Below are positions 38,185 through 47,363 of a stretch of DNA of 64,000 nucleotides, piece after piece. The translations under genes and the position numbers were made by a program. Origin of the DNA: an uncultured Pseudomonadota bacterium (GTDB lineage Bacteria > JAMCPX01); contig CAZJPN010000040.1 in assembly GCA_964547905.1 (NCBI GenBank), forward strand, positions 4,067-68,066, written 5' to 3'. Below the pieces are notes generated by a model. It was not told the origin of the DNA. It worked only from the letters and a program-made list of their open reading frames with translations, and made no database searches. How positions within the stretch are numbered: position 1 is the first letter of the stretch; each line of letters starts with the position of its first letter.

Positions 38185-38836
38185 GGACGTGAAGAGTCGT
38201 TTTGGTATTCTTGGGGGCAGCTTCAACCCAATACATGTAGGCCATTTGAGAGGGGCCGAAGAAATACGGCAGCGATTCTCACTTGAAAAGATCCTGTTTA
38301 TACCAACCTATGTACCACCGCATAAGCCTGCGGAGTCTGTGCTGGAATACCGTCATAGAAAAAATATGACCGGCATAGCGATCAATACCAATCCTGGTTT
38401 TATACTCGAAGATATCGAAGAACATCTTCCGTCGCCGTCCTATACGTACCGAACCATTCAGGCTCTCATACAAAAATACGGCAGTGATGCTGAGTTTAGC
38501 TTTATTTTGGGCGAAGATGATTTTGCAAATATTAATACATGGCATTTACCGTCTACAATCTTTTCATTGTGTTCATTAGTAGTAATAACCAGACATGACA
38601 CCCCTAAAAACCTTAAGCAGCTTTTACCTGTTGACCTAAAGGACGAATTCTGGTACAAAGAACAAAAAGGGATTTTGATGCATAAAAACGGAAAAAAGGT
38701 TTACCTGTCTTCTTTGCCTGTGCTTGATATTTCATCAAGCGAGATAAGGGCTCTTGTTCAACGGCGCATGTCAATACGTTATCTTACGCCGGATCCAGTA
38801 ATAGAATATATAGAAAAGGAGAGGCTGTACTATTAG
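38165..38836 (+). CDS. nadD: nicotinate-nucleotide adenylyltransferase
   Basis: GILGGSFNPIHVGHLRGAEE is the (H/T)xGH nucleotidyltransferase motif. The start may be the downstream GTG (about 38189) rather than the ATG that overlaps proA. Confidence 0.8.
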   Translation: MDRSGNKDVKSRFGILGGSFNPIHVGHLRGAEEIRQRFSLEKILFIPTYVPPHKPAESVLEYRHRKNMTGIAINTNPGFILEDIEEHLPSPSYTYRTIQALIQKYGSDAEFSFILGEDDFANINTWHLPSTIFSLCSLVVITRHDTPKNLKQLLPVDLKDEFWYKEQKGILMHKNGKKVYLSSLPVLDISSSEIRALVQRRMSIRYLTPDPVIEYIEKERLYY

Positions 38837-38876
38837 TAATCCTACTCCGGATCTTATAAAAAAAATCAAGGAACTG

Positions 38877-39179
38877 TTGTCTGATAAACTGGCAGAAGAT
38901 ATCGTTGTTATAGATATGAGGAGACATTTAAGTATCGTTGATTATTTTATAATTTGTTCTGTCAAATCCGAAAGACAATGCCTTGCCATATCCTGGTATG
39001 TAAGGGATGAGCTCGGCAAAATCGGAATAAAGCCTCAGGGTGTGGAAGGGGAGAAGTTCGGAACTTGGGTTGTTATTGATTATGGCGATATTGTACTGCA
39101 TGTTTTTCTTGATGACATGAGAGCCTACTATGATATAGACGGATTATGGTCGGATGCTCAGAGAGCTGTGATAGAATAA
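38877..39179 (+). CDS. rsfS: ribosomal silencing factor RsfS (iojap-like)
   Basis: DYFIICSVKSERQCLAISWYVRDEL... matches RsfS. The annotated start is TTG. The frame is open further upstream, so the true start may be an upstream non-ATG codon. Confidence 0.75.
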   Translation: MSDKLAEDIVVIDMRRHLSIVDYFIICSVKSERQCLAISWYVRDELGKIGIKPQGVEGEKFGTWVVIDYGDIVLHVFLDDMRAYYDIDGLWSDAQRAVIE

Positions 39180-39181
39180 TA

Positions 39182-39646
39182 ATGCTCATAAATGTAATAT
39201 CCGTTGGGTTACCAAAAGATAAACGCATTCAATATTTGACAGACAGCTATCTTGAAAGGATAAAAAATTATTCATCAATATCTTTGAAGACGGTAAGGCA
39301 GGAACCGCTTTCCTCAAAAGCAGAAACTGCAGCTTTGAGAAAGGAAGCAAAAAAATTGGTAGAACTTATGGAAGGCTGCTACAATATTATCCTTGATAAG
39401 GACGGCGATATGATGAGTTCCGAGTTGTTTGCAAACTTTTTAAATAAGCGTATAATAAGTGGTGTAAAGGTTATGAATATAATAATTGGCGGGCCGATAG
39501 GCATTGATATTTCTATAAAACAAAGGGCGGATAAGATTTTATCGTTATCAAGCATGACATTCCCTCATGAGCTAACGATGGTAATAATAGCGGAACAAAT
39601 TTACAGGGCATTTGCAATACTGCATGGGCTGCCGTATCATAAATAG
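39182..39646 (+). CDS. rlmH: 23S rRNA (pseudouridine1915-N3)-methyltransferase
   Basis: Start moved to the internal ATG (MLINVISVGLPKDK...). 154-aa SPOUT fold ending GLPYHK. Confidence 0.85.
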   Translation: MLINVISVGLPKDKRIQYLTDSYLERIKNYSSISLKTVRQEPLSSKAETAALRKEAKKLVELMEGCYNIILDKDGDMMSSELFANFLNKRIISGVKVMNIIIGGPIGIDISIKQRADKILSLSSMTFPHELTMVIIAEQIYRAFAILHGLPYHK

Positions 39647-39654
39647 GTGAATAG

Positions 39655-41010
39655 ATGTATCAGGCGATGGTATTTTTACTGATTGTTATCTTGTTTTTGT
39701 TTGGGTATCTTTCGCTGTTTAATGGAAAAGAGATAGAACTTTTTCTGTCAAGAACTACATCCGTTCATACAACTGTATCTGCTATTGTTATAGCTTCTTT
39801 CATACTTGGTATGCTCTTAATGGCAGTTGTCAGCCTTATAAGGGAGGCAAGCAGGATTTATAGAGACTGGCAGAAAAAAACCCAGGTTACCAAGGAAAGT
39901 CTTAGCATCTCCCTTGTGGAGAAAGGTAATTTCGAAATAATTAAGGGCGATATAGAGAAGGCTAAGTCTTATTATGTGGATGCTATCGCAAAAAATTCTT
40001 TAAATATAAATGCGCATATAAAATTAGCAGAATGCTACATAATACTGAAAGATAATCAGAGCGCTTTGAAAATATTGTTAAAGATTAAATATCAGGACCC
40101 GGAAAATATACCCCTGCTTTTGGTACTTTATAGGGTATATTCTATCACTAAGGAACCGAATAGTACGATAGATGTGGGGAAAAAACTCGTGAGTATAGAA
40201 GAAGAAAACATAAGTTTCCTGTCTCTTTTGAGGGATGCATATATAGCGGCTGAAAAGGCAGAAGAGGCTTACAGAACGCATAAAATTATCATGAAGCTTA
40301 CCAAAGGTAAAGAAGAATATAAGGGTGAGAGGCAGAGGCTGGGAGAACTGAAATATAAATATGCTCTGTCCATCCTTAATAATGGTGATGCGGATCTCGC
40401 ACTAAAAAAACTTGGGGATGTAAGGAAGCTCAATCCTGAATTTGTCCCTGCGTATGTAACGAGCGGTGAAATACTTCTCAACAACAAGGGTGATATGGAG
40501 AAGGCCATCGAGGAATGGGAGGCTGGTTATTCAATGACACAGAATGCAGTTTTCCTGATCAAAATGGAGGATATTTATCTTAAACATGACAATCCTTTTG
40601 AGCTTATTCGTTTTTACAGGAGATTACTGTCGAACAGTCCGGATGACATACTTACAAGAATCATGTTTGCAAAACTTATGCTCAGGCTCGAGATGGTCGA
40701 TGATGCTTCCGAGCAGCTTTCGTATCTGGACAATAAATGGATACGCATACCATCGACAGAGATACTCAATGCGGAATTATTGGCAAAAAAAGGAGATTAT
40801 TCCTCAGCATATAAAAAATTGAAATCAACCCAGGCAAGTGGTGTACAATTAAAATTTCCATACGTGTGTTCTAACTGTGGATACGAAACCGGTGTATGGG
40901 CTTCAGAATGTCAGCGATGTAAGAAAGTCAACAGTTTGACATTGAAAACAAGCAAAGAATTGGAATCTTTCAAGCCTGTGCAAACGAAGATCCACGATCT
41001 GCTCGTATAA
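39655..41010 (+). CDS. LapA-LapB-like fusion: two-TM DUF1049-like N-terminus, TPR repeats, C-terminal rubredoxin-like zinc ribbon
   Basis: 451 aa. Two N-terminal TM helices with a basic linker (LapA-like). Multiple TPRs. The C-terminus has CSNCGYETGVWASECQRCKK (CxxC...CxxC), as in LapB/YciM. Confidence 0.6.
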   Translation: MYQAMVFLLIVILFLFGYLSLFNGKEIELFLSRTTSVHTTVSAIVIASFILGMLLMAVVSLIREASRIYRDWQKKTQVTKESLSISLVEKGNFEIIKGDIEKAKSYYVDAIAKNSLNINAHIKLAECYIILKDNQSALKILLKIKYQDPENIPLLLVLYRVYSITKEPNSTIDVGKKLVSIEEENISFLSLLRDAYIAAEKAEEAYRTHKIIMKLTKGKEEYKGERQRLGELKYKYALSILNNGDADLALKKLGDVRKLNPEFVPAYVTSGEILLNNKGDMEKAIEEWEAGYSMTQNAVFLIKMEDIYLKHDNPFELIRFYRRLLSNSPDDILTRIMFAKLMLRLEMVDDASEQLSYLDNKWIRIPSTEILNAELLAKKGDYSSAYKKLKSTQASGVQLKFPYVCSNCGYETGVWASECQRCKKVNSLTLKTSKELESFKPVQTKIHDLLV

Positions 41011-41026
41011 TTTCATCCGACTCATT

Positions 41027-41242
41027 ATGCCAGCCCTTTACTGCTCAATGTGCGGCAGGCCTGTTAAACCGACTATCCATTTTAAGGATCATTATTTAGT
41101 TGACTATTATATCGAGGTTACCGGTGATACAGAGCATGTTGCGATAGTGAGCGATGAGCAGGACAAACCGGATGAGAGCTATTCAAAATTAATATCACGG
41201 AAAGAGATAATAAGGTGTGTCGATTGTAAGAATAAAAATTAA
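41027..41242 (+). CDS. small zinc-ribbon protein (hypothetical)
   Basis: 71 aa with two CxxC pairs (CSMCGRP...CVDCKNK). No RBS checked. Confidence 0.35.
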   Translation: MPALYCSMCGRPVKPTIHFKDHYLVDYYIEVTGDTEHVAIVSDEQDKPDESYSKLISRKEIIRCVDCKNKN

Positions 41243-41416
41243 AATTATGTTCGACAAAGATTTCAAGAGAGATATAGTTAAAAAAATTTTTAAGAAAGAG
41301 GAAAGTTAAAGTAGGTTTCGGTTACCTCTCGTATTCATTCAATGGCAATCATTTTTTTTTAAAATACTGCATGCTTATATTGCAAATAAAGACAATTTGG
41401 GTTATTCAAATATGCT

Positions 41417-43666
41417 ATGAAGCAGTTGCTTTCATACATAGTGCCTTATATCAATTTTATTGAAAACGCATTGTTAAACTACAACGGCAGGATAACGGAT
41501 CTCGGTACACAGATCATGTGGGGGGCTGTTTTTTTTCTCGGAATACTGTTTTTTTTTCTTCATAGAAGGTACAAAAACAAAGCAAAAAAAATTGATCAAA
41601 ACTCGGCGTCTTTGGGTAGACGTGCAGCAAGACTTTCAAAGATTGGTGATTTTATAAATTCAGCCAAGATTTATGAAAGAAGCGGCAATCTTCAACCCGC
41701 AGCGGATGCATACTATAAGGCGGGGGCGATATATTACGCGACACAGCTGTATAAGCGTTTGGGCATGAAAGATAAGCAAGCCTCGGCACTTGAGCAGATA
41801 AGTTTTCATAAAGAGGCAGGCGAACTCTACAGGGAATTATCCATGTATAAGCAGGCAGGAGAAAACCTGCTCAAAGCGGGTGAACTATTAAAGGCAGCAA
41901 ATATGCTTGAAACGACAGGAGAAATAGAGAAGGCTGCTGATACATATATGTCTGCAGGGTTTAATCTTCGTGCAGGGGAGATTTACACCAAGCTTGATGA
42001 CAAAGCTAAGATTGCCTCTGCATACGAGGCTTCGATTGTCATACCGAAAGGTGATATAATGCCAAGGGCAATAACGAATTATGCTATGAGGGCAATCCTG
42101 GCTTATATTGCCATGGGTAATATGCAAAAGGCGGCAGACGTTGCAGAGAAGGCCGGTTTAAAAAAGTATGCAGCAGAACTTTATTCTAAACTTGAGAACT
42201 GGGAAAAGGCAAGTGACCTTTATCTTTCAATGAACGATAAGAAATCAGCAGCGGATGTTATGGAAAAGGCTGGTTGGCAAGAAAAAGCCTCTCTTGTAAG
42301 GGCATCTTATTATGAAGATAACGGTATGAAGCGAGAAGCAATACAGATTTATGAAAAATTGAATAAATTTGATTACGCAGCAAGGCTCTATGTCTCGATA
42401 GGCGAAAAAATGAAGGCAGCAGAGCTTTATGCAAAGGCAGATAAGTATGTTGTTTCTGCGTCCCTATTCAAGGAGTTGGGTTATGTAGACAAGGCTTTAT
42501 CAATGCTGGAATCAGTATCTGAATCCGAAAAGCAGACCGGTGACGCCTTGATATTAAGGCTTGATCTGTTTATGGAAAAGGGCATGTACAAAGAGGCAAG
42601 TTCTCTTGTAGAAAAAATGCTTTCTGGAAAATCTCTTTCCGAAGAAAACTTACAGCTATATTATAAACTGGCTAATGTATACGAGGAAGAAGGAAGGGCA
42701 AAAGATGCAATAATAATATACAATAAACTTCTCAAAATCGATCCCGCTTATACGGATGTAAATGAACGAATAGAAAGACTAAAGCGAATAATTGAAGCAC
42801 CATCACCTTCCGTTATTGATCAGTATGCACAAACAGTTATGCTCTCTGATACCGGAGAGGGTATACTTTCAAAGCGATACAAACTCATCGAAGAGCTCGG
42901 AAGAGGCGGTATGGGCATAGTCATAAAAGCCCAGGATATTCTGCTTGGAAGGGTTGCTGCTATTAAGATTATGTCAACCGGGGGATCATCTGACCCAAAG
43001 CGCATAGACGCCTTTATACGGGAGGCAAGAACATCTGCTTCACTGAATCACCCCAATATTGTTACTGTTTATGATGTTGGCGAAGATAGAAATGCGTTTT
43101 ACATAGTCATGGAGTTTGTAGACGGTATGACCTTAAAAAGGTTTCTTGAGGACTACCCCGAAGGAATGCCAACGCAACTTTCGATATTCGTCGCCGTTCA
43201 GATGCTCAAGGGATTAGCATACGCCCATGAAAAAGGTATAATACACAGAGATATAAAGCCTTCGAATATCATGTGGACGCCGAAGAGGGTTGCTAAGCTT
43301 ATGGATTTCGGACTTGCAAAAGCTATGGAAGAGATAAAACATGGTGAAACCATTGTTGGTGGTACACCTCTTTATATGTCGCCGGAGCAGATACTTGGAG
43401 AGAAAACAGATTCAAGAACCGATATTTACTCTTTTGGATGTACACTGTATGAAATGCTTTCGGGTAAACCTCCTTTTACACAAGGTGATGTGGGTTATCA
43501 TCATGTACATACACCACCCATACCTATAAATAGTATCAATACTCAAATTCCTCGATGGCTATCCGATATCACTATAAAATGTCTCGAAAAACTTCCTGAA
43601 AATAGGTATCAGTCTGTTGAGCAATTATTTAATGATATACAAAAAAGTTATAAGGGAATGAAATGA
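41417..43666 (+). CDS. Ser/Thr protein kinase (Hanks-type) with N-terminal TM helix, ~13-residue repeat array and TPRs
   Basis: 749 aa. The C-terminal kinase has GRGGMGIV...AIK...HRDIKPSN...DFGLAK...GTPLYMSPE. The N-terminus has one TM helix (WGAVFFLGILFFFL), then about 20 repeats of the form xxKAA(E/D)xYxK(A/L)G. Confidence 0.8.
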   Translation: MKQLLSYIVPYINFIENALLNYNGRITDLGTQIMWGAVFFLGILFFFLHRRYKNKAKKIDQNSASLGRRAARLSKIGDFINSAKIYERSGNLQPAADAYYKAGAIYYATQLYKRLGMKDKQASALEQISFHKEAGELYRELSMYKQAGENLLKAGELLKAANMLETTGEIEKAADTYMSAGFNLRAGEIYTKLDDKAKIASAYEASIVIPKGDIMPRAITNYAMRAILAYIAMGNMQKAADVAEKAGLKKYAAELYSKLENWEKASDLYLSMNDKKSAADVMEKAGWQEKASLVRASYYEDNGMKREAIQIYEKLNKFDYAARLYVSIGEKMKAAELYAKADKYVVSASLFKELGYVDKALSMLESVSESEKQTGDALILRLDLFMEKGMYKEASSLVEKMLSGKSLSEENLQLYYKLANVYEEEGRAKDAIIIYNKLLKIDPAYTDVNERIERLKRIIEAPSPSVIDQYAQTVMLSDTGEGILSKRYKLIEELGRGGMGIVIKAQDILLGRVAAIKIMSTGGSSDPKRIDAFIREARTSASLNHPNIVTVYDVGEDRNAFYIVMEFVDGMTLKRFLEDYPEGMPTQLSIFVAVQMLKGLAYAHEKGIIHRDIKPSNIMWTPKRVAKLMDFGLAKAMEEIKHGETIVGGTPLYMSPEQILGEKTDSRTDIYSFGCTLYEMLSGKPPFTQGDVGYHHVHTPPIPINSINTQIPRWLSDITIKCLEKLPENRYQSVEQLFNDIQKSYKGMK

Positions 43667-43716
43667 CAGTAAGTTTAGAGATTAAAAGTTTAGGATTTCG
43701 AAAATAAAAGATCGAT

Positions 43717-44298
43717 ATGCGCATTATTGTTGTTGCAACAAACAACGTTGCGAAATTCAAGGAAATTCAAGAGATAATAAATAGGTACGGCATTATTGCA
43801 CAGATGCCTGACATAAAAATAGATGTTCATGAAGGCGTTGTGTCTTATGAGGAAAATGCAAGGATAAAAGCCTCTTATTTGACTTCAAAACTGAGAATCG
43901 ATGCTTTGGGAGAAGATTCTGGCATAGAAGTCCCCGCACTCGGTGGATTTCCAGGTGTTATATCGGCAAGATTCATCGATGGCTCTGATAATGATAGGAA
44001 TGCTGCTTTGCTTAGCAAGATGGTCGCTATTAGGTCTGATGATAGAAAGGCTGTATTCAAAGCTTATGTGGTTATATCGCTAAAAAATGGAGGGTATCTT
44101 ACAGGGTATGGAGAACTGAAGGGTATGATGACTACAACACCGGAAGGTAGCAGCGGTTTTGGCTACGATCCAATTTTCATTCCTGATGGTTATGATAAGA
44201 CACTTGCTCAGATACCAGGAGAGGAAAAAAATAAGATAAGTCACAGGAAAAAAGCGATAGAGATGGTTCTTAAAGAGTATATTAAATACGAGGCATAG
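43717..44298 (+). CDS. rdgB: non-canonical purine NTP pyrophosphatase (RdgB/HAM1 family)
   Basis: 193 aa with ...GFGYDPIFIP...ISHRKKA, typical of the Ham1 family. Confidence 0.85.
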   Translation: MRIIVVATNNVAKFKEIQEIINRYGIIAQMPDIKIDVHEGVVSYEENARIKASYLTSKLRIDALGEDSGIEVPALGGFPGVISARFIDGSDNDRNAALLSKMVAIRSDDRKAVFKAYVVISLKNGGYLTGYGELKGMMTTTPEGSSGFGYDPIFIPDGYDKTLAQIPGEEKNKISHRKKAIEMVLKEYIKYEA

Positions 44299-44299
44299 A

Positions 44300-44380
44300 G
44301 AAATTCAAAATTCAAAACTCAAGGTTAAAGGAATTCAAGATTCAAAATTACATATTAAATATTCAAGATTAAGAATTAGA
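44300..44380. repeat. AT-rich degenerate direct-repeat array (TTCAARAWT units; ATTCAAGATT x2, ATTCAAAA x3)
   Basis: Seen directly in AAATTCAAAATTCAAAACTCAAGG...GAATTCAAGATTCAAAATTA...ATATTCAAGATTAAGAATT, upstream of the polysaccharide gene cluster. Confidence 0.4.
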
Positions 44381-44403
44381 GACTGAATCTAAGGGGGATC
44401 AAA

Positions 44404-45600
44404 ATAAAAGTTTTAAGGATCATTGCGAGGCTTAACATTGGGGGACCTGCTATACATACGATTCTTTTAACCCATTATCTTAACAATACCTTTGAAACTA
44501 AACTTGTTGTCGGTAGTATATCAGAGGGTGAGGAGAGCATGGATTATCTGCTTGAGCGCTACGATGTTAAACCGATATATCTCAATACACTGAAAAGGGA
44601 GCTTTCTTTTAGAGGAGATATTAAGTCGATGTTTTCAATCTATAAACTCATACAGGAATTCCAACCTGATATTGTACATACGCATACAGCAAAGGCAGGA
44701 GCAGTCGGCAGAGGTGCAGTAATTTTATACAACCTTTTGCATTTAAGGTTCGGCAAAAAGAAAGTAAAGCTTATACACACGTTTCATGGTCATGTATTCG
44801 ATGGATATTTTAACGAGGCTGTCACCTATGTTTTTCTATGGATAGAAAGGCTCATGGCTTTCTTTACAGACAGGATTATCGCTGTAAGCGATAATCTAAA
44901 GTATGAACTCACGAACAAATACAGAATAGCATCCGATAGCAAGATAAAGGTTATATATAATGGTTATGATCTAAAACCATTTCTCAATATTGATAGATCA
45001 TCTGATCTAACGGAAAAAGAAAAGAATACTGCACGAGGAGAAATCTGTATTACAATCGTTGGACGGCTTGTTCCTATAAAAGGACATAAATTCCTTATTC
45101 AGGCATTCAGCAGGCTTGAGTTTCCATCAAGACTTGTTATAGTAGGGGACGGGATATTAAAGGAGGAACTTGTGCAGCTTGCGGAAAAACTCGATATACG
45201 TCAAAGGATTGATTTTCTCGGATACAAAAAGGATGTTGTCCCTATATACCGTGAAACCGATATGGTTGTATTAAGTTCCCTGAACGAAGGTGCACCTGTA
45301 GCTGTTATAGAGGCTCTTGCTTCGGCAAAGCCGGTTATTGCTACTGATGTAGGAGGTGTAAGAGATTTACTCGGTAAAAAAGCACATTCAATTGCAGATG
45401 GCATCTCTCTTTGTGAAAGAGGCATACTTACGCCTCCTGCGGATGCAGAATCGATAACAACGGCAATAAACTACCTTGTAAATAATCCAGGAATTGGCTA
45501 TGAAATGACAAGCAAAGGGAGGGCATTTGTGAGTGAATATTTTACCGTTGAAAGATTATTAGAAGATATAAAAATGCTTTATGCGGAAGTGCTGGAATAA
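44404..45600 (+). CDS. glycosyltransferase family 4 (GT-B, GT4-like); start extended to a non-canonical codon
   Basis: The ORF track starts at ATG 44539. The frame is open back to 44380 and encodes KVLRIIARLNIGGPAIHTILLT..., the Gly-rich GT4 N-terminal motif. There is no ATG/GTG/TTG upstream. ATA at 44404 lies 5 nt after the AAGGGGGA SD. The C-terminal GT4 region has EGAPVAVIEALASAKPVIATDVGG. Confidence 0.55.
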   Translation: MKVLRIIARLNIGGPAIHTILLTHYLNNTFETKLVVGSISEGEESMDYLLERYDVKPIYLNTLKRELSFRGDIKSMFSIYKLIQEFQPDIVHTHTAKAGAVGRGAVILYNLLHLRFGKKKVKLIHTFHGHVFDGYFNEAVTYVFLWIERLMAFFTDRIIAVSDNLKYELTNKYRIASDSKIKVIYNGYDLKPFLNIDRSSDLTEKEKNTARGEICITIVGRLVPIKGHKFLIQAFSRLEFPSRLVIVGDGILKEELVQLAEKLDIRQRIDFLGYKKDVVPIYRETDMVVLSSLNEGAPVAVIEALASAKPVIATDVGGVRDLLGKKAHSIADGISLCERGILTPPADAESITTAINYLVNNPGIGYEMTSKGRAFVSEYFTVERLLEDIKMLYAEVLE

Positions 45601-47360
45601 TGTATGTATATATAACATTATTCGTATCTTTTTTAATAGCTGTTGTATGTGTCCCGATAGTGAAGCGTGTTGCAGTTCATTATGATGTAATATCGCATCC
45701 AAAGCATGACAGATGGAATAAAACCCCTGTACCTCTGCTTGGAGGCGCAGCTATCTACATTGCAACGATTGCAGGGTTCGCTGTCATGTCCGGATGGGAC
45801 AAACATACAATCATTATTATTTGTGCTGGAACCGTCCTGTTTGTACTTGGTATGATAGATGATTTCAAGCATCTTTCCCCTCCTGTAAAGCTTATCGTGG
45901 AGATAGCTGTTGCAGCTTTTATAGTAATATTCGGTCTTCAATGGGATATTACGGGTAATGCCGCCCTTGATATTATCATAACAGTTATATGGGCTGTTGG
46001 TATTACCAATGCATTTAATCTTTTGGATAATATGGATGGACTATCAGCAGGTATAGCAAGTATAACGGGCGTTGTTATCTTTTTATGCTTATTTGGCAAT
46101 GCCCAATCGCCAACAGCCGCTTTGTTGGCTTCATTGATAGGTGCTGCCCTTGGATTCCTTGTTTATAATTTTAACCCAGCATCCATATTCATGGGCGATT
46201 CCGGTAGCCTTTTTATAGGGTTTATGCTGAGCAGTATTGTCCTTGTGCCTGAGATTAAGCTGCCGGGGCAATTGTTGCAGGTGATCATACTTCCGGTGCT
46301 GATCTTTCTTATACCGATTTTTGATACAAGCTATGTGGTATTTACGAGGAAACTATCTGGGGTTAATGCAATGAAAGGTGGGAAAGATCATACCTCGCAC
46401 AGGCTCGTAAAGGTAGGGTTATCAGAGAGAGGCGCAGTCATAGTTATATACATTATCAGTATACTATCCGGTATACTGGCATATCTCGGCAGGTTTATGT
46501 CGATCTATATTTATATTGAGTTGATTTTCTTATTTACCATTACCCTTGTTTTTCTCGGAGTTTATCTTTCCAAGATCAAGGTTCATGAAATAAACGAAAA
46601 TGAAAAAGGAGCGATATCAATTATTGTGAATGTTACCTATAAGAGAAGGATTTTCGAAATAATGCTTGATCTTATCATTATATTCGTATCGATCTATGGA
46701 GCCTATATCCTCAGATTTGAAGGTAGCGCATTTCAAGCCAATATTGTCATGCTGTTTAAATCTTTACCCATTATACTCAGTATTCAAATTGTGTCCTTTT
46801 ATATAGTGGGTATTTATAAAGGGGTGTGGAAGTATACGGGTACACATGAGGTATGGACTATTATAAAGGGCATTATAATCGGTGTTGGCTTGAGTATGCT
46901 GTCAATCCTGTTGATATGGAGGTTCACGAATTATTCCAGAACGGTTTTTATTATCTATGCAATAATCCTGTTTATACTCATGGCATTGTCACGGTATACG
47001 TATAAGTGGTTCGATTATCTGTTTAAGAAAAATAGTGGAGAGGAGTATAAAAAGGTTGTTATATATGGGGCAGGCGACAGCGGTGAGTTTGCAGTCAATG
47101 AAATACTGAATAATGAACAGTTGAAATTGACCGCTGTATGTTTTTTGGATGACGATACTATGAAACATGGAAGATCCATTCATGGGTATCCGGTAGTCGG
47201 CGGGATCGACAGACTTGAAGGCGTAATAAAAAACAGGAGTATCGATGAGGTTATTATCTCGACCCCAAAGATAAAAGAAGATAAAATAAAAAAGATCAAA
47301 CAAATCTGCGAACAAACCGGTGTCATACTGAAAAGATTTTCATTAAAGATAGAGGACTAA
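45600..47360 (+). CDS. MraY/WecA-family polyprenyl-phosphate sugar-1-phosphate transferase fused to a C-terminal TM plus Rossmann-like (CoA-binding-like) domain
   Basis: 586 aa. The N-terminal 10-11 TM helices carry NAFNLLDNMDGLSAGIA and FMGDSGSLFIGF (WecA/MraY motifs). The C-terminal ~230 aa include VVIYGAGDSGEFAVNEIL...VVGG...IDEVIIS, as in WbaP/PglF N-domains. Confidence 0.75.
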   Translation: MYVYITLFVSFLIAVVCVPIVKRVAVHYDVISHPKHDRWNKTPVPLLGGAAIYIATIAGFAVMSGWDKHTIIIICAGTVLFVLGMIDDFKHLSPPVKLIVEIAVAAFIVIFGLQWDITGNAALDIIITVIWAVGITNAFNLLDNMDGLSAGIASITGVVIFLCLFGNAQSPTAALLASLIGAALGFLVYNFNPASIFMGDSGSLFIGFMLSSIVLVPEIKLPGQLLQVIILPVLIFLIPIFDTSYVVFTRKLSGVNAMKGGKDHTSHRLVKVGLSERGAVIVIYIISILSGILAYLGRFMSIYIYIELIFLFTITLVFLGVYLSKIKVHEINENEKGAISIIVNVTYKRRIFEIMLDLIIIFVSIYGAYILRFEGSAFQANIVMLFKSLPIILSIQIVSFYIVGIYKGVWKYTGTHEVWTIIKGIIIGVGLSMLSILLIWRFTNYSRTVFIIYAIILFILMALSRYTYKWFDYLFKKNSGEEYKKVVIYGAGDSGEFAVNEILNNEQLKLTAVCFLDDDTMKHGRSIHGYPVVGGIDRLEGVIKNRSIDEVIISTPKIKEDKIKKIKQICEQTGVILKRFSLKIED

Positions 47361-47363
47361 TAT

